NCBI GenBank assembly: GCA_001662655.1
Contig: KV460214.1
Strand: one strand, 5' to 3'
Length of the DNA: 64,000 bases
Source: Pseudogymnoascus verrucosus
Taxonomy: Eukaryota
Shown: in pieces, positions 23,886 through 36,200 of the stretch
How the letters are laid out: every line of letters begins with the position of its first letter
How positions within the stretch are numbered: position 1 is the first letter of the stretch
The notes under the pieces: generated by a model
Databases searched by the model: none
What the model was told of the DNA's origin: nothing
Seen by the model: the letters and a program-made list of their open reading frames with translations, nothing else
Position numbers and translations under genes: made by a program

Positions 23886-25582
23886 GGTTATATTATGATA
23901 ATTGTTTTTGAGGTACGTTTTAAAGGAGGATTTGTGTCTTCTGGAATTTCTTCTATTATCGATGAGAGATGCAATGAATTAGAGAATAATATACATGGTC
24001 ACATGATATATATATAACTGCCGGTGTCGCCAAGGCGGACACGGGGCAATGCCATGAACGACGTGTGTGAGAAGTCATGAAACTTGGTCTGTTTCGAGGA
24101 ATATTCAGGCTGTTATTTTTATATTCTAGATGCCGCTGGAGAGTATCAGGTTCGGAAATAGGCGCGGGGAATCGGGTATTGGTTTTGTATCGAATTATTC
24201 TTCATGTGGTGAGGCATTATTATATTATCCCAGATATAATATGGATATTTCTCAGATGAGTTTTATCGATTCCTGAGACGGAGAAAAAAATAGCACCGGG
24301 AGAAAAGGATAATAGTACTAAAATAGCTGACAAGCCACACCTTAATCACTCCGCTTCACCCCGCATTCTGTAGATACCCGCCTTTATCATGTCAGAAACT
24401 TTACAAACTCCGCGCAGCAGCGCCAAAGTAATTAGACTTAGCGACCCCCCAAAAAAATAACAATGTTGCGTGCCTACTTCTGTCCTTTCCGTATTGGCCA
24501 ACTTCACTCCACCTTTTAGTAGCCCGCGGAAAAGCTAAACACCACAAGGGGTAGCGGGGCCGGAAGGGAGGAGGGGTGGCAGGATGTCAGGAGAGGGAGC
24601 GGGGAAAGGGGCAGGAGGGAGGTATCTAAGGGAGGGGTGATCTGACTTCGAGGATGATTAGGTTTGGGCTGTTTGCTTGACTCGTAATCGTGTATATTAG
24701 CTATGAATGACTATGCGAACTACACCTGAGTCCTGCTGCCATGCCTGATAATGAGCTCGGTGGAAGCGTCTTGTGCTCTGATGCATAATTCTGATGCATG
24801 AGGCATTTGGTCATTAGATCATCATACTGCAGTCAAACTCGCAGAACAGTGAATTAAAGTAAACACCCCAGCCATCTCTATTCTAGAATATGTAATTTCT
24901 TGAAACTCATCTTCAAAATCGAGATCACAGTGAGACATCCATGTCTTACCTCCCCATCATTCACAAAACTCCCAGCCATCAGGGTCTGAAACATCATTCA
25001 TGACCTTCTGACATCTATAAAATTTGCAGCACTCGTGCCCTAGATATATAAAATGACACTAAACCATGGAAGCACTGGGCCGTAATAAACTTCGGGGTGC
25101 ATTATATTGGAGAAGCCCCCCCAGCCATCATTTCTAGCCGCTATATAGAAAGCTCTAGATCAATCCATGTCTTTAAATAGAGGTCATGCTAAGATAGCGA
25201 TGTCTCACCTAGCCCATCATTCGGGAAATATCCCAGCCTTCAGGGTCCGAAACAGTCGGGCAAGATCCTGTGATCTCTAGAAACCTCGTGGTGGACGTGC
25301 TCACTGACCGAATCCTTCGGAGGACGTCGGCGTTGGTATCGGCGGCGGTTGGTATGCGGATGCCACTATCCGGCCTCCCTCGCTTGTGCCTGAATCTGCG
25401 CTGCAAGGCGAGGCGACGCCAGTCACTCCCCCTTGCCGTGTGATCCATGCTAGAATCCAGGAACGCCTCATTTTTCTGTCGTAGGATCCGCGTTTGTGCC
25501 GGTGCTTCGCTTGGGATGCTTTCTCAGTGGTCAAAAATTCATATCCCAGATTGTGCAGGGGATCGTGGAAACTAGTAGCTCC

Positions 25583-28048
25583 TTATTGGAGTACTGCATT
25601 GTTGTCGAAAGTGCTTACTGGTGGCCATTGGAGGAGCGTCGAGTAATCGTCGACGGCGTTCCAATTACCATTCCACATACCCTGAAGAAAATAATGTCAG
25701 TAATCTAGTTTCCAACCTCGAGATGAGGAAGATGGCGCTGTATCTTACCCATTCAAAGCCTGTAACATCTGGTACGGTCTCGGTGACCCGCTCCTGCGGC
25801 AAGACGACCGGCTCCAGATGATGCACAACATCATTGTTCAGTTGAACCTTTTGGTCTCCCCCTTCCGCGACTGGCCATTGCGTTGCCTTTACCTTATCCA
25901 GTACGAATGAGAACACTCCATACGCCTTGGCAGCATCCGCAGACTCATCCTTCCCGAGCCTCCAGAACCCAATGGCCGTCTCCAGCGCACCCACCATCTC
26001 GAATTTTCGATTAGAGCCCCAACGAGAAGCATCACTTGATATCTGGCCACTGGCACCGTGTTGAACTTCGGCGTATAAGTCCAGCGCGACTATTATCGCA
26101 GCAAGAAAGAAATCGTGCGTCGTTAGCCTGTGGAAGTGTCGTTTCTGGACATTCCGCGGGCAGGTAGCGCCGTGGTCCAAGACTAGTGCAGCTTGATGGC
26201 TTAGCAAGATCATGGCAGCGTCTATGCAGTTATCGCGGTATTCGATCGCTGCTGGGTAACGACGGGCTTGTGGTACGAATTTCCTGTACAGGAGACAACG
26301 GCCTAGATGATACACGCTGTCAACATCGATGCGTGATCGCTGTAGCTTCGCAGTTGCTGTGTCGCTGGCCGTGGGGGTAAATGGTTGGACACGGAGATAC
26401 CGAGGTATCAGCTCTCTGGCTTCTAAAAGAGCTTCGTCGTGTTTTTGGAGGTCTTCGCGCTGGATTTTAGTACGGGATCCTATGAGTTCAATGATATCAC
26501 TCAGAACAAGTATGAGTCTTCCTTTGACTATTGTGTAGGAAGCTTCTGTTGCTTCCTCCAAAGCCTCAGAAGGTGGGAGCTCTGTTGTAGTATCGTCGAA
26601 GTCGTCGTCGGAGATATTTCGTGGCATCGCGCAGGTGTAGTCGCATCTGCGAATCGTGGTGGGAAATGATAGCTTGAATGAGTAGAGGAGATCGGTGCGG
26701 AGTATGACGGCCCATAGTCGACTGCGCATTTCTCCTAGGAACGGACTGAGTCTTCGATGGTCGCTTGCGTTGCGATGTATTCCCATTCGCATGGCCAGAC
26801 GGATGGTGACGCCAAGTACTAGATAGCCTTCCATGCCAGTATCCTGAGCGGTCATCCATTCGACCTGGATATATAACATCAGAGTTTCAATCGTATAATG
26901 GACGGGATTGGTATAATCCGCCGCTAGGAGGCATTCGACTGTGCGCTTTCCAAATTCCCAAGGAGTGCGAAGAGCATCAGCCAAGACTGGTGGCATTTCA
27001 GTCGGGTCTCCATAAGATAGTTCTGCTAGGTGCAGCATGGCAAACATAAGCCCAAGCCACACGATTCGCCGTTGCGTAGGATCATCCCAATAAGCTTTAT
27101 ACTAATGCAGACATTTTAGCTATCAAACGCTAACGAGCTCAGAAATGGAAGCTCACCTCTTTACGAAATGTACGTTCGTGTATTATAGCTGTTGAGTATC
27201 AGAAACGATCGGACAAGGCAGCCATGACAACATACGCATTATCCAGGAATAGACACTGAAGTAACGATCAACAAGTATGTCGACTACAGCTCTCGGAGGT
27301 AATTGAGCAACGAGCTCTTCTTGGCTAACTTTGATGCCTGTCCCGCGAAGTAGACCCGATCTGCCTTTGGCATCCCATGAACGTTCCTTATATTTTAAGG
27401 CATTGCGCTCATAGTCTTCGTGGTTTGACGCAAAGAACATGCGGATTTCGTCAATCTGATAGAAGAATAAGCCAACCAGACAATGATATAATGGGTTTCT
27501 TGCCCAGGGGGTTTGAAGCTAACCTCAGCCAATATTGATACCCAGTGTGAAGAACCAAGGTACTCGGTATTGTTCAACTTATCAACTTTCATAGCCCCTA
27601 AAGACTCAGTAATGCCATCAAATTCCCGATCATCCACGTGACTCGAGTCATCGGACTGAGGGGTTTGGTCTTTTTCCCCCATGACAGACCGTAAAATAGA
27701 CTCTAGTTTGTTAATACGAGCAGTTAAAGCATTTTTCGTAGTTCTATCCATGACGATTTGGTCGTCTCTGTTGGTGCCGCGGGACTCAAAGTGGCATGTG
27801 GTGGCATCCCCAGATTTGGAGCAAGCCCCGCATGGTTGCACTCGATTGCATTTCAGTCTGGTACAACACAGTTAGTATCGCGTATGATGTATGCAAATGG
27901 ATGGAGACAGGAGATATCTAGCTCCTCAAATTTCTCAAGAGCCTTCTTACTTTCTGATCCGGCAGTGGTTGCAGGAAACAGGGGGCCTGTTCCGTCTCCT
28001 CTTTCGGGCCAGCCCTTTATCCGCATGTGCGACATCCATGGAATCCAT
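25583..28048 (-). CDS. Zn(II)2Cys6 transcription factor with fungal-specific TF middle domain (multi-exon; 3' end uncertain)
   Basis: RKRRRNRPPVSCNHCRIRK / LKCNRVQPCGACSKSGDATTC across a GTAAGA intron; ARINKLESIL, YLGSSHWVSIL, LPPRAVVDILVDRYF, RLAMRMGIHR, EMRSRLW, PRNISDDDF. Last exon tentatively GMWNG...NAVLQ*. Confidence 0.9.
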
Positions 28049-29301
28049 CAACAATTAAAGCGCCCGAGGCTTAAAATATTTACAATATGGCATGAGATGG
28101 CCAACAATTCATTCTGATTAAAACAAGATATCCATCCACGGGTAGAGAATCTATCTGTTTGCGCCCTCAGGAGTCAGATGAATTGCCATGGGTTTGGCAG
28201 CCGGACTAGCGTGCTTTGTAGTCAGGGGTCCCTGTCGCTTCAACCACACAACTTCAACGACGTCACGTTGTCAAGAGGATTCCACGACCATGGCATAAAG
28301 GGGTTTCTGTGATAGTTTGCCTTGTTGAAACATGGACATCGCACATATAAGTGCCTTCTGGTGGCAAATGGTGCCGTAGCCTACCGTTTTGGAGACACCT
28401 TGAGCAGATAAGTGCCTTCTTCATTAGTTGCAAGGCTCTTTGGACGTTTCCTTCCGTTTTACTATATTTATCTCAGATTTCGCTCGTTTCCTTCTGTTGT
28501 ACATGCGGACGGGAAATTCCACGCACATCTCTCAATTCTGTGGTGGTTCTTGGTATTTAGCCATCTGGCTAATTACCACGTTGTCCTTGGAATACATTAC
28601 TAAATTTCGTTCGAACATGAAAAGGGTAGTTGTTGGCAATGAAGAAGTTGAGGGCAAGCCAGATATCGATATACCACGGCGGTTAAATGTCAGTTGCTCT
28701 AAGCCTCAGGGGTTGATTAGACTTTGCGGGGTTGAAAGCCCCTAGTAAGCCATCGCTTTTTAACAATCGGGATGTACGTTATTTGGCGACGGTCCACGGG
28801 ACAACAATTGGGCCTCTGACAGAAACATTCGCGGGGTAAAGTATGATTCCGCGCAAGTTCTTAGTTCATGCTTAATTTCATCTTCAACATTGACTGAACA
28901 TTGGCCAGTGACTGATGGCACCTAAGCATTCTTAGACATGCATAATTCATATTAGCCAGCAAGAATCACATATGTTTTGACGCCATCTCATGCAGTCTTT
29001 ATCATCTTGTGCTCAGGTTTACTCCTTTACATCCCAATTTCTCTATTGTCAACAAAGGGGTTGGCTTCATCATTTCAGCCTAAACCATTCCGTGATCTTA
29101 GCCGCCGTTTCCTCCTTTCCTGCGTGCCGCGTTGGCTTCAATATTGCAACTGGCAGTGATCTCTATTACCTGGGGCGGAGAAGTATAAAGGAGTGATGAT
29201 CCCCCCTCGAGGAGTGGTCTCAGTTAAATTCTCAGAGCATCATTCACCAATACAGTATATACATTGTTCTTGAAGCCAAATCCCAACAAACAACCACCAA
29301 A

Positions 29302-29589
29302 ATGAAGATCTCCGCTGCCACCATCGTCCTTGTTATTGGACTTGCTGTTGCCGCCCCTGCTGCTGAACCAGTTGCTGAGCCAGCCGCAGTCCTCGAGGGT
29401 AATTATACCCTACTATCTATCTTTTGGTAGCTTAATGTTTTCCTTGGCTTACTTGAACCCATAGCCCGTACCTGTCCCGCAGGTCCTATCGTCGAGTCTT
29501 GCTGGAATACCTGCAAGAGTCAAGGCAAGACTGGTGCTGCATACACCAAGTGCTGGAAATGCTGCGGTGCAACCTGCACCACCTGCTAA
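29302..29589 (+). CDS. Small secreted cysteine-rich peptide precursor (73 aa; exons 29302-29398, 29465-29589)
   Basis: MKISAATIVLVIGLAVA|APAAEPVAEPAAVLEAR|TCPAGPIVESCWNTCKSQGKTGAAYTKCWKCCGATCTTC*. Strong context (caccaaaATG), GTAATT...TAG intron, TATAAA at ~29186. Not in the ORF track. Confidence 0.88.
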
Positions 29590-29913
29590 AGGGGGTCCTC
29601 ACTACGCTGCCTCAAGGTCGATGCATTGGTGGTGGCATTGGAATTGATATGTGGAGGCTCGAAACGTGGTAGATAGCTTGGCAAATTCGGATACTATGGC
29701 TACAGCTGTAAGCGCAATTAAAGCCTTTATATTCTCTTGGTGGACATGGAAATCGAAGTAATTTTGTATGTCTAATATTATTATTAAATTGTACCCCTCC
29801 TTCCACTCCGACAACTTCGAATCTTCATTACATGGTAATACATATCCTACAAAGCAACCTAGGTCTTAAAGCTCAAATCCGTATTTACGGGTATATTGGA
29901 GAGAACCCGTACC

Positions 29914-32688
29914 TCAACTCTCAGTTCCATATTGCGAAAGCAACTTCCCAGTCCACTTCTCCCCATATGCATTCGTTCCAGCCCCAGAAAAAAATCTATC
30001 ATGACCCCTCGCAATGACATCTATCCAGGACCCTTGTTCATACACAGCATTCCACTATCCACCGTCAGCTCTCTCGTGTCATTAGTTTGAAGACTCTGCT
30101 GTAACATACCTGATTATGCATATGGTACGCCCATGCACCGCGGAAGAAATTCTCCATCGTGCGATTGTTTCCATGCTCCGACACGGCCGCCATCTCTCCA
30201 TCATACGCACTCCACTCATCGCCTGAGATGCGGGCTTTAAAGACATCGCTCCAGCTCTTCAAACATGGCACCAAACATCTCCCAGTCGCCATGCCATCCA
30301 TGGCAGGCCATGGAGGGTCAAAGAACGCGCTCTCGAGCTTCAGCAGGCCGCGCTCAGAGTTGACCTCGTTACGGCCTTCACTAACCATCATTCTCCCAAG
30401 GATCATAAAATGATACATCAACCCCATCCGCGTCCCGCCTGTTAGTAGATAGGATGACATGCTTGAGTTCGCAGGGAGAGCTACCAAGGCGTTGTTGTAC
30501 AGTGTTGGATCAGCATGTGCGCCCCAGCGCTCTGAGAATGGGCGACCAGGCAGCAAGAGAGGACGCATGTCGCGTAGAAGAAGCATGTCAATGTCGAGAT
30601 ATACACCCCCGTGGAGATGAAGGATGATGAGGCGTGCAGCGTCGGAAGAGGCGACCGTATAGAATGTGAGTTGTGTCTGATCGCCCGGTTTGTAGAACTG
30701 GATATACTCCTGTCCCGCAGCATCCCGGACGATAGAATCTGCAACAAAAACCTCGCCCTGAGAGTTTGGCTTACCAGGTTGTGCGTAGTAGCGTGCTTTG
30801 TCGAGAGGGTCGATGGTCGGGGAGATAGGAACACGGGAGGGGAGACGCCACTCCTTCAACTCGATTTCGCCAGTTTCGATGAATGAGAGGAACTTCGCGA
30901 AGCTTGGATGCCTGATCCAGTTTGTTAAGGCACCGGGGTGATGATCGACGTTAATCCAGATCCAAAGTCTAGAGCAGGCAAGTCTCTGAGTATAGAAGTA
31001 GGATTTTATGAAGAGTTCTGTGCGCCATGATGGTGGTCCAGACCACCAGACATGGTATAGAATGACAGGACCTCCACAGTTTGAATCATCAGGCCCTAGT
31101 TTAGGAACTGTAGCAGTTACAGCTTGGCCTGCCTCTGGAACCTGGAAATATGTATCTTGCTGGGTAGCTAGGTAGTCGATGCACTTTCGGACATCTCGTA
31201 GTTTTTCTGGTTTCTCGTAAGGTCCTCGGCATTCATCCACCAGAAGGTCTAGGTTTGCCAATATATCTGATTTAGCACGTGGACCAAGGTAGGCGTCATG
31301 GTCTGGCGTTGGAGGGAAAAACAGAGGGAGTTGGGCTTCTGTCCCATAGAAGCCTCCGATCTGGAAACCAATGTGGCAGGATACCAAAACTATAGCTGTT
31401 ATGAGAATACGCCGGAGAGTGAAGAACCCGAAATATTCTTTGTGTCGAGGAAGCGACGGCTTCTCTATCCAAGAAAAGAGAGTATCCAAGGACTGCATAT
31501 GGTTTTTTAAGAACCAAATTCCGGAAGCAATGCAGACAGTGATTCCAAACTTCTGCGAAAACAACAGACTTGAGAACGTTAGGACAGTCATTTGTGAAGC
31601 GTATGCAAGAACAATAACGAAATTGGCTGTAGTCGCACAGGTTGCCCGTATGAGCAGAAGTGTGCTGCAGAAAAAGATAAAGCGAAAGAAGCCAACTTGT
31701 ATCTGGAGTAGGAGCCATTGAAAGAGTACGCCATTGACATAGACGTTTCGAAAAACTTGTTGTGACTCTGTTGAGATAAGAACTGCAGCAAATAAGAGGG
31801 CTACGCATGGTAATGATACGTAGCAGGTATACTTCCAAAAGGTAAGTATGCTTTGTGGTCTGTCTTGTGGTTTCGAGCCTCTAGGAAGCTCAAAGTAGCC
31901 ATTAACGTTCCTGCCGTCGTTCTCTGGCACCGGAGTACTTGCAAAGGCATACTGTGTAAAAACAGGCCAAATAGCTCCAAGTATGGATGAAAGAAATGCG
32001 CACCAAACAGCATTGGATGGCCAGGGAAGATCGTGTCGATATGCCGCGACGGCGGTTCCCAACGACAGCAAAAGTGATGGATATGCCTTCCCCGCTACTG
32101 GTAATATGTCTTGATTTGAGAACACGAGTTTTGATATCAATATCGATATGGGAAGAACCAACGAACGAAAAATGACATATATCTCTAAAGGAGCAAAGCA
32201 AAAAGCGTAGCTGGTCAGAGCATATTCAGCTGCGATAATCACAGCCAGCGCAACGATTCCTCGAGCATTATTAGGATTCCATGCTGGGCGCAGGACTTCT
32301 TTGGTATTATCAACATCGGAGTAGTCGTCTAACCCGGTGTCGGTCGGGGGTATAGGATTATAAAATGCCGATAGCCATGTTCGTTGGACCGGCTGTAGGA
32401 AGGAGAGAATGCAACCGCTCAAAAGTATAAAAATGCTCGCAATCAATTGATGTAGTAGTGTGGTTGAAAGAGGAAAGGCAAATCGTAGGACTTCAGCATA
32501 TGGTAACTGAACTGCACCAGCTGTGGCGTTATTAGCATTGGCGGACCAGAAGATGCAGTGATAGGATGCTTACTTTGCAGCATAGGCCTGCCGATGGAAA
32601 GCCCATAAGTTGATAGCACAACGCATACTATGAGGGCGCCTTTATATCGGTATAGCCAAGTCCATTTTGCTGGAAGACTGTTCGACAT
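29914..32688 (-). CDS. Fusion protein: N-terminal nucleotide-sugar transporter (TPT/SLC35C-like) + C-terminal GT32 (DxD) glycosyltransferase; exons ~32688-32574, 32521-30110, 30054-29914
   Basis: Transporter motifs FPLSTTLLHQLIA, IYVIFRSLVLPISILIS and LLIRATCATTANF with multiple TM segments. The same frame continues into YHVWWSGP..RLWIW, SDAARLIILHLHGGVYLDIDMLLLRD, NNA and AWAYHMHNQ/W. Confidence 0.82.
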
Positions 32689-33231
32689 CCTTCGTGGACT
32701 ATGTTTCAATACCAATGGTCCACCGACGAGGGAGGAGCTTCTGGAGGTCCCACGCAGGGAAAGCTATACCCCTCGAGGCCCTCCCGTCAAATGTAATTGA
32801 TCGATGCGAAGCTAGACGCCGCACAATACGAGAAATTGTAGATCATAATATGACCGCGGTGCTTCCTCCACATGTTGGATAGCGATCTACAGGACTTTTG
32901 GTCGCCAATCATGTACGCGTCTATCGTCACGATTGTTGCAGGCTGCGCACTGACCAAATGTGTACCACCATACAGTACAGTTCAGCTGGAAGGTTTTGTT
33001 TTTGTCACGTTTTTGTCGGAGTCTACAAAATACCACGCGTAAACGACTCCAATGTGCATGACTTGGCGGTTGTAACTGAGGCTAAATATAGATATAGTTG
33101 AAGGATGCGCCCAGCATTACGAATGCCCCGCCTTATGAACCCAACGTGCTCAAAAAGTCAGTCATATAAAACTGCACTGTCAACTCGGTCCCATACTGTG
33201 ATATGTCTCTACTTTCTTGTGGCTGTTGACC

Positions 33232-36200
33232 ATGGCTTGTACGAAAGAGACGGTTAAGGCTCATGGCCTTAATATATGGTCTACGGGTGCTCCGCCAGGG
33301 TCCACAACAGAAGTGGAGTAAGTCAGCCTACACCAACTTGTAACCTGCCAACTCGTCATAGTATCGTCGGTGTTCAGGGATTAGGCTCTGACCCGTTCTT
33401 CACCTGGGTCAAGAAAGGGCGAGCCCCAGAAAGTAAATCGTCGAGGAAACTTGTGGATAAGCTATGGACCAGGAAAGATAAAAAGCACCCGAAACTAGAC
33501 GGGAACAACGAGCCCGTTGAGTTTATGTGGCCTCGAGACCTACTCGTGCCATCATTTACGAATGCGCGGGTTGCCACCTATAGCTACAAATCCGGCAAAG
33601 GGGTTAAGACCACCTTGCGCCAATTGGCCGAACAGTTCCTAAACGTATTGTTCCAACACAGGCAGAAGCCAGATGTGAGATGCTCAGCGATTCTCATCTG
33701 ATAAGAGTGCCCCTAAATTAAGAGCAACAATAGGAACGCCAAAGACCACTGGTCTTAATTGGGCACAGCCTTGGGGGGCTTGTCATCCAACAGGTCTGTT
33801 GGACGCCATTCTGCTGTGAGGGTCTCACCTACTGACTAAACTGCACAAAGGCTCTCGTTATCGCCGCGCTGAACCGAGACTTTCAAGAGCTTCGTCTCTC
33901 AGTGTCGGGTGTAATCTTCCTTGGGGCACCTTTCCAAGGAAGTAATGCGGCTGTGCTTGGAAAACGGCTGGCACAGGTCACCGGGGGTGATCTTTCTCTG
34001 TTAGAGTTGCTACAAAAAGATAATACAAACCTACAGTCTCTATCGAAAGAATTCTCTGATAGCCACCACGAATGGGACTTCGTGTGCTTCTACGAAGATA
34101 CAGATGCTGATTATACTCTGTTTAAGACTCGGGTTTGGATCTCTTTCTTTTTTACATATCGATCTCTCCCGTTAACTATATGAAGGTAGTAACTGCCTCG
34201 TCGGCTACTTTAAGCGGAAGGCGAATGATATTTTTACACACCGATCACTCTGGGCTTAACAAGTTCAGTGGATCAAATGATGAGAATTATGCTTTGGTAC
34301 TGCCCGAATTACAGAGAATGGTCAATAATGGACCTTCAATGGTGGCCAATCGATTCAAACCTAAAGGTACTAACTTATTGGGCTCCGGGATCTTCTCCTA
34401 GATACTTTGGCTGACTTTTTAATTTTTGGCTTAAAAGTGGGCGAACCAGCTGGAAACAAGCATTGGCTAGTTCCCCGCGGGATCAATAAACTATTTACTG
34501 GGCGCTCTGAGATTATCGATAGGATCAAAGCGGCGTTACAAGATGACGGTGCTCAGCATGCCGGGAAACAGAAGGTATTTGTAATTACCGGCCTTGGGGG
34601 CATGGGAAAAACCGAAATCTGTTTACAAGTAGCGAATATATTGCGGGAAGAGTGAGCTCCCTCGTTGGACTAAATTATGGATCCCGGACTTAACTGACAA
34701 CGGCAGCTTTTGGGGCGTGTTCTGGGTCGATGTCGATAGCGAGTCTACAGCAAAAAACGACTTTATTTCCGCTGTGGCGTCATTCGGATCCTCAGCCAAG
34801 AGTGTTGATGATGCACGTCGATTACTTGCAAACACAAAGCATAACTGGCTCCTTATTCTGGACAACGCTGACGATCCGGAGTTCGACTATCAAGCATACC
34901 TACCATCAGGGTCTCGAGGTGTGGTACTCGTGACATCTCGTATTTATGACTGCAGTCAATACAGCACAGTTGGCTCAGAAGTACTCACGAGTCTTGATAT
35001 CGGCCTATCCAAACAGCTTCTACTCAGAGCAGCAAATATTGCCGAGGACCTGTGGCCATCTGTCGATCAACAAGCAGAGGATATTGCTAAACTCATTGGT
35101 TCACACACACTTGCGCTAATCCAGGCTGGAACATACATTGCCAAGGGCTACAGCCGACTAGACCAATACCCCGAAGTCTATGGAAAACATCGCAAACGAC
35201 TCCTTACATATCGACCTTCACAGGCCCAGTCAAGATATGGTGACGTTTATGCGACCTTTGAAGCGTCTGCCCAGATTTTAGAGAATTCTGAGAGTGAGGA
35301 TGCTAGAGATGCTCTACGTTTGCTTGGGATACTTTCAATGCTGCATTCAAGTGCTCTCCCACTTCAGATATTCGAAAATGCATGGAACCGCTCTAGGAAT
35401 GTTCTTCACGTCAGTGACACAGAGATAGACCTAGGAACTTGCTCCCGATGGCACGCCTTACAGTTGCCAGAATTCATGGAAGTGGAAGCAAACGAATGGG
35501 ACCCCCATCGTCTCAACAAAGCGAGTTACTTGCTTGTTTCGCTTTCATTTGTCGTGCGAAGCAATCTAGCTGGGGAATCACCTAGCCTATCTATGCATCC
35601 GCTAGCTCACGCCTGGGCTAAAGATCGCCAGGAATTGATCCAGCAAGGCCAAACCTGGATCGCCACTGCCTGTATTGTTGCACTATCTATTCTCTGTTAT
35701 GGCTCCCCAAGGGACAGCCTAGTGCATCTCCAATCTTTGCTCAATATAGAAGTCAAGACAGCATTCTCTCTCGGACCGAAACCCATGCTGGTCTCGATTT
35801 TTATCATTTTTTGCCAGAACCTAGCAACAAACCGGGACGATTCAAGGCTCAAGACCCTCCTTCAAGACATATTCGGCATTCTTGCAATCGAGTTTGATAA
35901 ACCATCAATAGAATACCTGGAAATATACAGAATTTATGGGATAAACTTGCAAGACATTGGAGATTTAGCAAATTCCCTTCAACTATATATACAAATCGCG
36001 AAGATTCTCGATGAGAGACTACCTCATTCTCACTACAAGCGGCTTATTTCACAGCACAACGTCGCAAATGCGTATCATGCCAGTGGGGAAGTAGAAAAAG
36101 CGATAGAGATTTTTGAGCAAGTAGTAGAGGCTCAAGAGGACCTTCATATTACTAACGGTCGCCGGCTCATGTCACAGCATGAGCTTGCCCGCGCATACGT

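Noticed and set aside
24240..24660. Possible transposon end at the left border of the accessory patch
   Set aside because: No matching inverted partner or target-site duplication found in the window.
24940..25540. Extra gene or exons downstream of the Zn2Cys6 TF
   Set aside because: Splice-donor-like sites exist, but no convincing protein can be assembled; may be 3' UTR or alternative TF exons.
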